DNA from: Desulfotomaculum sp.
Lineage (GTDB): Bacteria; Bacillota; Desulfotomaculia; Desulfotomaculales; Nap2-2B
Assembly: GCA_003485325.1 (NCBI GenBank)
Contig: DMZI01000070.1
Location: forward strand, 1-60,024
Direction of reading: 5' to 3'
DNA length: 60,024 nt
The notes under the pieces are model-generated. The model was not told the origin of the DNA. It did no database searches and saw only the letters and a list, made by a program, of their open reading frames with translations. Of the stretch, positions 43,038-53,029 are shown in pieces (position 1 is the stretch's first letter; every line of letters begins with the position of its first letter). The position numbers and the translations under genes were made by a program.

Positions 43038-43238
43038 CTACCCTGAAAATTAATGTGCATTAGAAAGGTCAACTGCCTACGTGCTCATGTTCGCCTCTTA
43101 TACTTGTACGAACTCGTTCACCCTCGGGCTCACTCGTTCCTTGAATGAAGGCTCAAAATCGCACTTAAGGCATTGCCCTCCCTTTGCTGATGAATTTTCA
43201 TCCTCCTGATTGTGTCGCTCTAGCGACATGGAGGTCTA
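43038..43238 (+). mobile_element. Structured repeat element copy E3 (201 bp)
   Basis: cta-ccctgaaaattaa...ttttcatcc...catggaggt-cta; equals E6 minus a 54-bp inner module. Confidence 0.9.
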
Positions 43239-43255
43239 CCTTTACTTGTTCTGGT

Positions 43256-45181
43256 TTATAAACCGTTGGCTGTTGTTTTTGCCTTTATCAAAAAACGCTT
43301 ATCACCCACTCTTTTGGTCACCTTTATCCTGTCAAAGTATTCCAGTAAAGGCAGCGCGTATTTTCGGGAAATATTTAAGAGGGATTTAATTTCTCCGATC
43401 GAAATCTCATTATTTTTTTCTAAATATCCCGTCAAGAGTTTTTTTGCATCCTCAATGGCGGCAGCATGGAAATATAACCCTTCCGCCACCTTTACCAGCG
43501 TCCCCTGGCGCAAAAAATGCTGCAGGACTTCTTGAGACTGCCATTCGCTGATACCTTCCCCACCGGAAACGCTTCCCCAATCCGGCGGTTGAAAGCCGTT
43601 TCTATAAAAGATATCCTCTATTCTCTTAATAATTTCCTGCTGACCGTTTTCAAGTTTGGGCTGAAAACCTTTTAAAGCTACTGTGTTCGAACCCGGACTT
43701 AAAATATTTTCTTCTTCCAGGATTTTAAGCAGCGCCTGAAGCTGTCTTGTGGTAAATTGGGGAAGAAGCCGGGAACGCAGTTCCTCACGGGGAAAACCTT
43801 CCCTTAAAGGATACTGGTGATGATATCTTTTCAGAAGATCGGTTAATTTTTCAACCCATTGCTTGTATATTTCCCGTGAAATAAAAAATTGATCGTGATC
43901 CACTGTAAGGGCATATACTTTGTTTTCTCTACCCAGTTCTTGAAGAGCACGGTCAGTTTCTTCTTCTTTAATCCCGGTTGCCCGGGATATGTCCGATTTG
44001 CTCTGGATTGTTTTCTGGCTTTTTAAATAACTTTCCACTTGTTCAACAGGCAGGCCCAGTTCACGGGTAACCAGCGATTCAATTATTTCTTCCCGCATTC
44101 GTTTATGCTTCCTGGATGCCGAGTCGATTATGATACCTCCTCCCAAAGTATAAACAGGAGAATATGACCGGAACACGAAGCGGTCCCCTTTTATGGCTGC
44201 AACTGGTTCCTCAAGCAAAAATTGCGCATAAGCGGTTTCTCCAGGCAAAAGTTTTTCCCTGTCCAACAGGATAACCCTGCAGAGAATTTCACCCGTGCCA
44301 AGATAAAAACGGAGGCGGGTCCGGTTTTTCAGTTCCTTTTGCACATTTGCAAGCAAAGAAATCCGGGCATCCAAACGGTTAGCAGAACTTAAAAAACCCG
44401 GCTTTGCTAAAACGCTTCCCCTTTGAGCCTGTTCTACTCCCACACCGGCAATATTTACAGCCACCCTCTGCCCGGCCATAGCTTCTTTTACTTTTTCGCC
44501 GTGAACCTGCAGGGAACGCACCCTGGCAACCAATCCCTGAGGCATAATCTCCAGGTTATCTCCGGTATGAATTACTCCGCTCCAGAGTGTGCCCGTCACC
44601 ACTGTACCAAACCCCATTACGGAAAACGCCCTGTCTATAGGCAGCCGGGCCTGCCCTGCTGTATCTTTTCCTTCCACCGGAACTTCATCGATTTTTTCCA
44701 GCAATTCTTCCAGTCCCTGACCTGTAACTACAGACACCTCTACAACAGGGGAATCCTTTAAAGGGGTGTCTTTCAGGAAATCATTAACATCTTCCCGGAC
44801 CAATTTTAAAAAATCTTCATCAACCAGGTCAACCTTCGTCAAAGCAACTATTCCCCGGTTGATTTGCAATAAACGGATAATATCCATGTGCTCCCGGGTT
44901 TGGGGCATAACTCCCTCATCTGCGGCTATAACCAGTAAAACAAGATCGATACCGGCAACACCGGCCAACATGTTTTTAATAAACCGCTCGTGACCGGGTA
45001 CATCGACAATGCCTGCCCGTCGTCCGCTGGGAAGCCGGCAAAAAGCGAATCCCAGCTCGATGGAGATACCTCTTTCCTTCTCCATCTTTAACCTGTCTGT
45101 ATCAATTCCCGTCAGGGCTTTAATCAGAGCTGTTTTTCCGTGATCTACATGGCCTGCCGTACCAATAATAATATTGGTCAT
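43256..45181 (-). CDS. selB: Selenocysteine-specific elongation factor
   Basis: GTAGHVDHGKT, DVPGHERF, C-terminal winged helices SRKYALPLLEYFD. Confidence 0.96.
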   Translation of the reverse strand: MTNIIIGTAGHVDHGKTALIKALTGIDTDRLKMEKERGISIELGFAFCRLPSGRRAGIVDVPGHERFIKNMLAGVAGIDLVLLVIAADEGVMPQTREHMDIIRLLQINRGIVALTKVDLVDEDFLKLVREDVNDFLKDTPLKDSPVVEVSVVTGQGLEELLEKIDEVPVEGKDTAGQARLPIDRAFSVMGFGTVVTGTLWSGVIHTGDNLEIMPQGLVARVRSLQVHGEKVKEAMAGQRVAVNIAGVGVEQAQRGSVLAKPGFLSSANRLDARISLLANVQKELKNRTRLRFYLGTGEILCRVILLDREKLLPGETAYAQFLLEEPVAAIKGDRFVFRSYSPVYTLGGGIIIDSASRKHKRMREEIIESLVTRELGLPVEQVESYLKSQKTIQSKSDISRATGIKEEETDRALQELGRENKVYALTVDHDQFFISREIYKQWVEKLTDLLKRYHHQYPLREGFPREELRSRLLPQFTTRQLQALLKILEEENILSPGSNTVALKGFQPKLENGQQEIIKRIEDIFYRNGFQPPDWGSVSGGEGISEWQSQEVLQHFLRQGTLVKVAEGLYFHAAAIEDAKKLLTGYLEKNNEISIGEIKSLLNISRKYALPLLEYFDRIKVTKRVGDKRFLIKAKTTANGL

Positions 45182-45185
45182 CGCT

Positions 45186-46676
45186 TCACCCCTGGAATAA
45201 TTTCTTTTTCTCCTCTTTTGACAAAACTTCTGACACTGCATCCAGGATCATTTTTTCTTCTTCCTTTTGTACGGTTCGTAAATCTAAAAGGAAGAGGTCT
45301 TCCTGCACCCTGCCTAAAACAGCGGGTTCATGGTATCTTAAAAGCCGGCTGAATCGTTCCATGCTCAGTTTAGATGGTTTAACAGCTACCGCAAAGGAAG
45401 GCAGTTCCGCTGCCGGCATTGCTCCGCCTCCTACACGGGAAACAGATCTTCTGATGGTTATTTCCGCTTCTTTCTGCACAGCCTCTTTCAAGCTGCAAGC
45501 CAATTCTTCCGCCCTTAACCGAACACCTTCCAAACTTCCAGTAATCATCCGTAATGTTGGTATTTCTTCCAGTGCCTGCCCTGGATTCAGGTATGACCTT
45601 AATGTGGCTTCCAGCGCCGCCAGAGTCAGCTTGTCTATCCTCAACGCACGGGCCAGGGGGTTCTTGTTCATCTCCTCAATAATTTCCTTTTTACCGGCAA
45701 TAATCCCCGCCTGCGGTCCGCCGAGCATCTTATCCCCGGAAAAGGTTACTAAACTGGGGCCGGCATCCAGCACCTGTTGTACGGTAGGCTCAACCGGAAG
45801 ATTGAAAAACCCGAGATCCGCCAGAACACCGCTGCCCAGATCGCTCATTACCGGCAGGTTAAACTCCCGTCCCAGCCTGACAAGTTCAGAAATACTTGCC
45901 TGTCTGGTAAAACCTATAATATTGTAATTGCTTGTATGGACATGTAAAATAAGCGCCGTTCTCTCGGTGATTGCCGCACGGTAATCTTCAACATATGTCT
46001 TATTGGTCGTGCCCACTTCAACAAGGATACAGCCGCTCTGTTTCATAATTTCGGGAATGCGGAATGATCCGCCTATTTCTACGAGTTGGCCTCTTGAAAC
46101 AATTACTTCCCTTCCCCGGGCCAGTGTGCTCAAAGCCAAAAGGACAGCCGCCGCGTTGTTGTTTACGGCGAGAAAGGACTCAGCTCCGGTTAACCTGGAA
46201 AGGATGTTTTGAACGGCGGCATGTCGTGAACCCCTTCTGCCAGCATCAAGATCAAATTCAAGGTTAATGTAACTTGACGCAGCTAAAAAAACAGCCTGAC
46301 AGGCTGCCGGGCTTAATAACGAACGGCCAAGATTTGTATGCAAAATAACCCCGGTTCCGTTGATCACTTTTTTTAAAGTTGAGCCTGCAATCCTTTTGAT
46401 CGTTTCCGCAGTTTCCTGTGCAACAAGACCTTTTAGCTGTTCCCTGGAAAAACTTTTTCCTGCTGAATCTGAATCTTCGTTATTTTTTAATTCTGAGCGA
46501 ATGCGATCCAGGACGCTGCGTACTATTTCGAGAACCATTTCACGCGGATACGAACTTAATAGTTCACTGATTTGGGAAGACTGCAGAATATCATTTACAG
46601 CAGGCAACTGGTGCAAGGTCTTTTCCCTGTTTGTTTTAACCAAATTATTTTGCCCCCAATCATACTGTCCCGACAT
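45186..46676 (-). CDS. selA: L-seryl-tRNA(Sec) selenium transferase
   Basis: HTNLGR, EIGGSFRIP, FSGDKMLGGPQAG; exact start uncertain. Confidence 0.95.
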   Translation of the reverse strand: MSGQYDWGQNNLVKTNREKTLHQLPAVNDILQSSQISELLSSYPREMVLEIVRSVLDRIRSELKNNEDSDSAGKSFSREQLKGLVAQETAETIKRIAGSTLKKVINGTGVILHTNLGRSLLSPAACQAVFLAASSYINLEFDLDAGRRGSRHAAVQNILSRLTGAESFLAVNNNAAAVLLALSTLARGREVIVSRGQLVEIGGSFRIPEIMKQSGCILVEVGTTNKTYVEDYRAAITERTALILHVHTSNYNIIGFTRQASISELVRLGREFNLPVMSDLGSGVLADLGFFNLPVEPTVQQVLDAGPSLVTFSGDKMLGGPQAGIIAGKKEIIEEMNKNPLARALRIDKLTLAALEATLRSYLNPGQALEEIPTLRMITGSLEGVRLRAEELACSLKEAVQKEAEITIRRSVSRVGGGAMPAAELPSFAVAVKPSKLSMERFSRLLRYHEPAVLGRVQEDLFLLDLRTVQKEEEKMILDAVSEVLSKEEKKKLFQG

Positions 46677-47385
46677 GTACCGAAACTATACCGCCTGTTA
46701 GTTCATGATAGTGGGCATTTTCCAGGCCAACATCTTCGAAAAGCTGCCTGATTTTCTCCTGGTGAGGAAAATCCTTCAGTGAATTCGGCAGGTAGCTGTA
46801 TGGGCCGCCGACCCCCGACCAAAAACGCCCTATTGCCGGTACCAGGTTATTGAAATAAAAATAATATAACTGCTTAAACAACGGGGCGCTGGGCTTGGAG
46901 AGCTCCAAAGAAACTACCCTGCCCCCCTTTTTTACTACTCGTTTCATTTCCCGGATCGTCTTTTCTATACTTGGCACATTGCGCAGGGCAAATCCTATAG
47001 ACGCGCAATCAAAACTTCTTTCCGGAAAGGGAAGATCAACAGCGTTTCCCTCAACCAGGGTAATCACATCTGAAAACTCTGTTTCGGATATGTTGGATTC
47101 AGCCCTGGCCAGCATATTTTCGCAAAAATCCAGCGCAGTTACTTTTCCATCCGGCCCCACTATCCTGGCCTGTTCAATAGCCAGCATGCCGGTACCGCAA
47201 CAAACGTCGAGGCCGTTTCCACCCGGTTTCAAGTTCAACTCAGCTGCGGCAAAACGGCGCCAGCCTTTGTCCGAATTAAGACTTAGTATTGAATTAAGCA
47301 GATCGTACCTATGAGCTATTGCGGTAAAAATTTCGTGTACGTACTGCTCTTTGCTTTTATTATAATTCCCTTTGTTTACCATCAT
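46660..47385 (-). CDS. menG: Demethylmenaquinone methyltransferase
   Basis: YDLLNSILS, LDVCCGTG, FALRNV, YSYLPNS. Confidence 0.92.
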   Translation of the reverse strand: MMVNKGNYNKSKEQYVHEIFTAIAHRYDLLNSILSLNSDKGWRRFAAAELNLKPGGNGLDVCCGTGMLAIEQARIVGPDGKVTALDFCENMLARAESNISETEFSDVITLVEGNAVDLPFPERSFDCASIGFALRNVPSIEKTIREMKRVVKKGGRVVSLELSKPSAPLFKQLYYFYFNNLVPAIGRFWSGVGGPYSYLPNSLKDFPHQEKIRQLFEDVGLENAHYHELTGGIVSVHVGTV

Positions 47386-47391
47386 AGTTTT

Positions 47392-47758
47392 CTGTCCTGA
47401 AAATTAGTTTTTTATATAATGAGTCTGATAGGCACGGTATGTCACCGCTCACTCCAGTGCTCCGCACCGACAGCAGCACGGCTTGCTTCGGACCGGACTA
47501 GCGGTGCTGCAAAGGCGGTATGGCAAATTTAAAAAAATATCGACACTGTTATACTTCTGATCTCATTCAGCCTCTTCAAGAAACTCCCATTGTGCCGCTG
47601 GTTTCGCACCGCTGTCCGGTTGCCCTCGCTTCGCCGGCTGCTGTTACCGGCGCTGCGCAAGTCGTTCGCTGTTGATAACACCGTACCTTTTGGACGATTT
47701 TACTGAATACTTGTCTTTTCATTATTTGATGGCGCTGCGTCAGCGGTATGGATGTTTA
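47392..47758 (+). mobile_element. Element E4 (367 bp): family-type ends, unrelated long-hairpin interior
   Basis: ctg-tcctgaaaatta...ttttcatt..gctgcgtcagcggtatggatgt-tta; interior is an imperfect inverted repeat 47430-47688. Confidence 0.7.
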
Positions 47759-48535
47759 TCCATTTTTAATTGTACGGCATATGTTTTCTTCCTGCAATAT
47801 ATCGATAAACTGCCTCAACAGATCCCGGGATTCCCCCTGCGGCAAAAACTCCAGGCGGTTTAACGCATTCTTTAAAAAGTCTTTAGCCGCTTTTAGGTTA
47901 CCGGGCATATCCTCCGCAAGACCCAGGGCCATCCCCAGGTTGAATCCCAGATTTTCCAGGTAATTTAAAGCATCTTCGGGCGCGCCGGCCAACTCGCCGC
48001 TTATCCGGCAGCAAGTAGCAATTACCTGACCCGATTCCTTTTCGACAGCAGTCATGTAACAATCTTCTGATTGCAGCCCTTCTTGATCTGTCTTAAGTTT
48101 AAGAATACATCCTTCATTAAGCTGTCCAATCAATTCAGCGAAAGCACGTAAATAATTGAATAACCCCGCATCGCATAAGCTTACAAAAACCTGACTGTAT
48201 AAATAATCGCCTATCAAAACAGGTAACTGGCAGTAGTTGCGGAAATCATCAGTCTGCTCCATCCTGCTGCCGTTTTCAAGAACAATTTTATGTATCTGTG
48301 AAGCTGTATGAATAAACTGTAAGATTGCTGCCAGAAATATGACCTGCCTGCTTGGAGTATTATAAAGATTAGCTGTAAGCAGGATCAGTCCCGGCCTGGT
48401 GAGGTTTTTAACAGGGGAAAAATCCAGGCGCATGAGGTCTAAAAGGTTGCCTGCCCTAACCTTGGAAGCCTTGTATAAAATGCTTTGTACCTGATCCAAC
48501 TCTGTTTTAAACGGAAGCAATATCTCTTCCATCAA
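47756..48535 (-). CDS. Polyprenyl synthetase-like protein lacking DDxxD motifs
   Basis: RP..L, FIHTASQIH, VLIGDYLY, LGMA; adjacent to menG. Confidence 0.75.
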   Translation of the reverse strand: MMEEILLPFKTELDQVQSILYKASKVRAGNLLDLMRLDFSPVKNLTRPGLILLTANLYNTPSRQVIFLAAILQFIHTASQIHKIVLENGSRMEQTDDFRNYCQLPVLIGDYLYSQVFVSLCDAGLFNYLRAFAELIGQLNEGCILKLKTDQEGLQSEDCYMTAVEKESGQVIATCCRISGELAGAPEDALNYLENLGFNLGMALGLAEDMPGNLKAAKDFLKNALNRLEFLPQGESRDLLRQFIDILQEENICRTIKNG

Positions 48536-48615
48536 AATACCAACCCCCTAATAGGTAACTATATTAACATTCTTTTAATAGATGCTAATATCCTGCCCAG
48601 TTTATAAAAAGCAAT

Positions 48616-48647
48616 GAGCCTTGCAATCCTTCAAGGCAGCAAGGCTC
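48616..48647 (-). terminator. Terminator-like hairpin after speD
   Basis: gagccttgc...gcaaggctc followed on the minus strand by a T-rich run. Confidence 0.55.
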
Positions 48648-48690
48648 CGCTAATCTTCTTTTAAGCGGGTACTAATAAAAATCCCCCCTA

Positions 48691-49068
48691 TTAATCCTGA
48701 CCACTGGCTAGCCTGTGCAGCGGCATGATACCACGTTTTACTTCCTTTGCCGCCATTTCTTTGGCACAAAATTGACTTGTCAAATAATTGCAGGCGCCCC
48801 AGGGATCAACCCGATCACCACAGGTGAACACATCGACCGCCGCATAACCCAGTTCCGGCCACGTATGAATTGCCAGATGGGACTCTGAAATTACCACCAC
48901 GCCGCTGATCCCTTGAGGGCTGAATCTATGGAATACGCTTTCTCTAACCTCTGCTCCTACTTCCTTAGCTGCGTTGACCATGATTTGCTCAACCATTTCC
49001 CTGTTGTTCAGAATGTCAAACTTACAGCCGTAGATCTCAGCCAAAACGTGGCGGCCCAACTGTTTCAT
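48691..49068 (-). CDS. speD: S-adenosylmethionine decarboxylase proenzyme
   Basis: [19 protein letters not shown]. Confidence 0.95.
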   Translation of the reverse strand: MKQLGRHVLAEIYGCKFDILNNREMVEQIMVNAAKEVGAEVRESVFHRFSPQGISGVVVISESHLAIHTWPELGYAAVDVFTCGDRVDPWGACNYLTSQFCAKEMAAKEVKRGIMPLHRLASGQD

Positions 49069-49180
49069 CTACATATCTTCCCCCTTTTTTCTTTTTTAAA
49101 AAAAAAGAGTGCCGGAATATGTCATCAACCTGATAAATATTAATAAATGCCAGGTTTTCTGGCCATTCCAACCAAATAAA

Positions 49181-49208
49181 ATTGTAACACAAGATCGTTA
49201 GATGTCAA
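49181..49208 (-). promoter_or_regulatory. sigmaA promoter of speD
   Basis: TTGACA-16 bp-TACAAT with extended TG. Confidence 0.6.
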
Positions 49209-49221
49209 ATATAAATTTAGA

Positions 49222-51480
49222 TTACTTTTGTTCCTGCAGAACAAGGTAGACTATTGGCGGAGCTCCAAAAATCATAGTTGTCGCAGCAGCTACTATCCCC
49301 GCATCGTTGAAAATTAGAGCCACAATGCTTGCCGTAACAACACCGACAAATCCCTTATATAAATCGGGATGTTTTTTTCGTATCGTGGCCATAACACCCA
49401 CCGGCCTGTAGAACAAGAGAGCAAGGCTCCCCAGGCTGGCAATAAAAATCCGGGTCCAAATCGTATACCTGATCAATTTCAGATTCATTTCAGTTTTACG
49501 CACGATTATGTTTTTTATCTCCTGCCAGCCCCCGGATAAAATCAAGGAAGCGTTCCGTCCGAAGTGCGACTGAAGCTCGGCGGGCCTGAGCAGATCAATT
49601 GCCGGTATTAAAGCCACCAGGCCAATGATTATGACAGCAAGGCAAATGACGGTGCGCAGCTTGAACTTTACATTGCAGAGCAGTAAAAAGGTGGTCGTCA
49701 ATGCCGCAATCGAAACGATAGCCCCGCCCATCTTGGAGCCCAGGGCTGGTGAAGCCAATACAAAAACGGTAACCAGAAAGGTGATCCCCGTCAATGCCAA
49801 CAGAACTTTCCGGTAATGCTCGAACTTGCTCATTAAGGTTGTGCAGCCGATAATTAAAGAGCCCATTAGCACTCCCATGTATTCGTTTCCAATCCCGTAG
49901 AAGCGTGCGCCGGCTATCGGGTCATAGCTCATTATCGAAGTTCTCTGAAGGGGCGCCCCAATGGCTGTGTCCAGAATCAGCAGTCCGGCAGTGGCCAGGC
50001 TTAGAAAGATAAACGAACTAAGGTTGTGGCGGCGCTCAAACCACCAGGCCAGACAGGTAATCCAGGCTGTCAGCAGGAACAGTTCCAGCGTCAAAACAGG
50101 AAATGAGGGCTGGGGTAAAAGAGAAAGCAGCAAATAGACCAGGGGGACTGCCATCACGGACAATAGAAATGGCTGAAGCAGACTGGCAGCTTTCTTATGG
50201 GCAAGGATAAAATAAAGACTGACCAGCAACAGGCCTATCTGGTAAACACAGTACCCCTTTTGAAAGATGCTCCGTGCATTGTATGTCAGAGTCAGCTGTT
50301 TCTTCATAGCGATAAGTTTGTTGAGCTGGTTTTCTGATTCGACCCAGAGCATGTTCTGTCCGCTCATCCATTCGGGCTTTTTTAAATTGAGAAAACTCAG
50401 GATTGTCGGGGCCAGGTCGGTATTCATTATAATCCCGTGTCTCCTGGTTGTTGGCGAGAATAGAAAGCCTTCCCGCACTCCCGCTCCAACCGCCAAAATG
50501 GTAGAAAGGTAATCATTCTGATCTCCGGCGCCTTTCCCCGGCGTAGGGGAAACAATCAGCAGAAGATCCCTGTCCGGATTAAGCCGGCCCATTACTTTTC
50601 CGATAAACTGATCAATCCTTAGCATCGTCCGCTTATGTTCAGCGGCCCAGACCGGATCAGACACATAATTACGAAATTCTTCAAGTCTTGATAGATCGCC
50701 TGTTTCAATAACCGTTAGAGCCGTATCCACGGGTAAACGGTCCATTGCCTGAAGAACCCTGGCATAATTTGTACGAAAACCGCCGGGAAACCGGTAATCC
50801 ATCTTTTCAAGCAGAAAAGCGCTCACGTCACCGTCGTCCACCAGCCCGTATCTGTCCATTGCTATGGACAGAATCTGCCGGCGGCGGCCAAAACTTGTAT
50901 CTGCATTACCAAGAACAGCTGTTTTCAGGCCCTCTCTGTGCAAACAGTCGCCTAAAGCACCCGGTACGGCAGGATAAGGCAGTTTGCTGTTAAACTGGAC
51001 AAACCTGTTGATATCAAGCTGGACAACTGCCGAAGGGGCAACTGCCCTGCCCAAACGCCGATAGTATTCAAGCCCTGCGGGTCCGGTATCCTGCTCTTCA
51101 TTTGCGTTTAAACCCATTGTATACGTCCCTGTTGCTATGATATGTGAACCTGCTCCGATTGTAGCATATGTATTTTCCGAAAGAAGGTTATTACCGGCAG
51201 TATTGCAGTTCATCAGGCTGACGGCGCCGCTTTGTATGATTTTGTGAAAGTTGGCAAATGAGGGATCACTGAGATCTTCTAAAACCATCCGGTCAAGAAT
51301 TACCATGACAACCTTGTTTTCTTTCGAAGGGCTGGATACTAAGGGATTGGCTGTACTATCTTTTATGCTGGGACTAGCTTTTTGCATCGCCATACTTGGC
51401 CATCCCAGGACAAGAAATCCTGTCAGCAGGGAAACAAAAATCACTAGTACAACTGCAAAGGTAAGCTTACTATTCCTCAT
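49222..51480 (-). CDS. Membrane protein with alkaline-phosphatase-like extracellular domain
   Basis: Signal/TM segment, DLAPTIL motif, about 10 C-terminal TM segments, GARFYGIGNEYMG. Confidence 0.7.
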   Translation of the reverse strand: MRNSKLTFAVVLVIFVSLLTGFLVLGWPSMAMQKASPSIKDSTANPLVSSPSKENKVVMVILDRMVLEDLSDPSFANFHKIIQSGAVSLMNCNTAGNNLLSENTYATIGAGSHIIATGTYTMGLNANEEQDTGPAGLEYYRRLGRAVAPSAVVQLDINRFVQFNSKLPYPAVPGALGDCLHREGLKTAVLGNADTSFGRRRQILSIAMDRYGLVDDGDVSAFLLEKMDYRFPGGFRTNYARVLQAMDRLPVDTALTVIETGDLSRLEEFRNYVSDPVWAAEHKRTMLRIDQFIGKVMGRLNPDRDLLLIVSPTPGKGAGDQNDYLSTILAVGAGVREGFLFSPTTRRHGIIMNTDLAPTILSFLNLKKPEWMSGQNMLWVESENQLNKLIAMKKQLTLTYNARSIFQKGYCVYQIGLLLVSLYFILAHKKAASLLQPFLLSVMAVPLVYLLLSLLPQPSFPVLTLELFLLTAWITCLAWWFERRHNLSSFIFLSLATAGLLILDTAIGAPLQRTSIMSYDPIAGARFYGIGNEYMGVLMGSLIIGCTTLMSKFEHYRKVLLALTGITFLVTVFVLASPALGSKMGGAIVSIAALTTTFLLLCNVKFKLRTVICLAVIIIGLVALIPAIDLLRPAELQSHFGRNASLILSGGWQEIKNIIVRKTEMNLKLIRYTIWTRIFIASLGSLALLFYRPVGVMATIRKKHPDLYKGFVGVVTASIVALIFNDAGIVAAATTMIFGAPPIVYLVLQEQK

Positions 51481-51510
51481 AATTTAATTACCTTAATCCA
51501 ATTTTTAAAT

Positions 51511-52650
51511 TTAAATGAAACCCCTGTTTGAAAGGAGGTTTCTATACTCATCTTCAACCTTGCGAACCATAACGACCGCCGTGAATTTCTCTTTAACCAG
51601 CGCCTTGCCCGCCTGTCCCATGTCGGCGGCTTTTTTAGGATCGGATAATAATGAAGCCACTGCAATGGCAAGGCCGGCCGGGTCGGCCGGCTCAACAAGC
51701 AGACCGTTAACATTGTCCCGGATAATTTCAGGAATGCCGCCCACCCGGGTGGCAACCACCGGACAACCGGCGGCGAGGGCCTCAAGTATGGTTAAAGGTA
51801 ACCCTTCGGTCAGTGAAGAAAGCACGAAAACGTCAAAAGCAGGCAAAAGGTATGGAATATCATGCCTTTCGCCGGCAAAAACAACCCTGTCTTTGATACC
51901 CAGCGACAATGCTTCTTCTTCCAACTGCCGGTGAAGCGGCCCATCCCCGATGATAACAAAATTAACCTTGTAGTCCATGGCCAGCATAGCGGCAGCCTTT
52001 AAAAAATAAGTTACCCCTTTCTGCGAAGCGAGACGGGCAACCATGCCAACAACCTGCTCTGAAAGGGGAAGATCCAGGTTTCGCAGGGTAAAACAACGCC
52101 TTACCTGTGTTTCAAACACTTCTGTTTCGATTCCGTTCTGGATTGTTACAACCTTGTCTTGATCCAACCTTTCTCTTTTGATCAGTTCATTGCGCAAGGC
52201 TTCAGAAACGGTAATTAACCGGTCAGTATACCCATTCAGCAACCGTTCAGCGAAGGCAAACAAAGATTTTTTCCAGAAAGGCCACTCTTCATAAAAAATA
52301 GAATTATGCGCTGTCAGAAGAACAAGCGGAGTGCCTGCAAGCTTCGCCGCCACGCGACCGACAAGTCCGGCCTTTGAGCTATGCGCATGCAGGATGGTAA
52401 TTCTCTCATCTTTTAAGATACTGATCAGTTGCCTTACAACACGTAAATCACTTAACGGAGAAAGTTCACCCCGAATAGGCAACTCAATGACTCTAAAATC
52501 TGAAGAAGCTAGATCTCTGGCCATATATCCCGGACAAGCCAATATAGGGTCAAACATTTCCCTGTCACAGTGTCTTAAAAGGGAAAGCAGGTGGTTTTTC
52601 ATTCCTCCGGCGGCTGGGCGAATTAAGTGCAAAATACGGAATCTATTCAT
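51511..52650 (-). CDS. GT4 glycosyltransferase
   Basis: AAGGM, HAHSSKAG, EGLPLTILEA. Confidence 0.92.
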   Translation of the reverse strand: MNRFRILHLIRPAAGGMKNHLLSLLRHCDREMFDPILACPGYMARDLASSDFRVIELPIRGELSPLSDLRVVRQLISILKDERITILHAHSSKAGLVGRVAAKLAGTPLVLLTAHNSIFYEEWPFWKKSLFAFAERLLNGYTDRLITVSEALRNELIKRERLDQDKVVTIQNGIETEVFETQVRRCFTLRNLDLPLSEQVVGMVARLASQKGVTYFLKAAAMLAMDYKVNFVIIGDGPLHRQLEEEALSLGIKDRVVFAGERHDIPYLLPAFDVFVLSSLTEGLPLTILEALAAGCPVVATRVGGIPEIIRDNVNGLLVEPADPAGLAIAVASLLSDPKKAADMGQAGKALVKEKFTAVVMVRKVEDEYRNLLSNRGFI

Positions 52651-52763
52651 CCGTTTCCTCCCTGGTTTAATTGGCGCCAATTTAAAAACCAGCGGATTTA
52701 TTCTTGTATTTCGCTAAAACCCGGTTTTTTACCTGCCAAAGGAAAAAATAATCGGTTTTAAGC

Positions 52764-52958
52764 TCACGGTTGCTTTTCCAGGATAGCCTCTGTAGGGCAG
52801 TTATGCAGAGCTTCAAGAGCATCACTTTCCAATTCCGAAGGAACTTCATCCACTATGATAAATGCCTTTTCTTCATCATTCCAGTCAAAAACCAGCGGAC
52901 AGATGTCTACACAACTGCCGCAGCTAATGCATAAATCCTGATCTACGTAGAGCCGCAT
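52764..52958 (-). CDS. Monocluster ferredoxin
   Basis: CISCGSCVDICP...CPTEAI. Confidence 0.9.
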   Translation of the reverse strand: MRLYVDQDLCISCGSCVDICPLVFDWNDEEKAFIIVDEVPSELESDALEALHNCPTEAILEKQP

Positions 52959-53029
52959 ATTTTTTTTCTCCCTCATTTTGAAATAACGAGCTTATTATTT
53001 CTTTAACACAGTATCTTATGCCGCAATAT

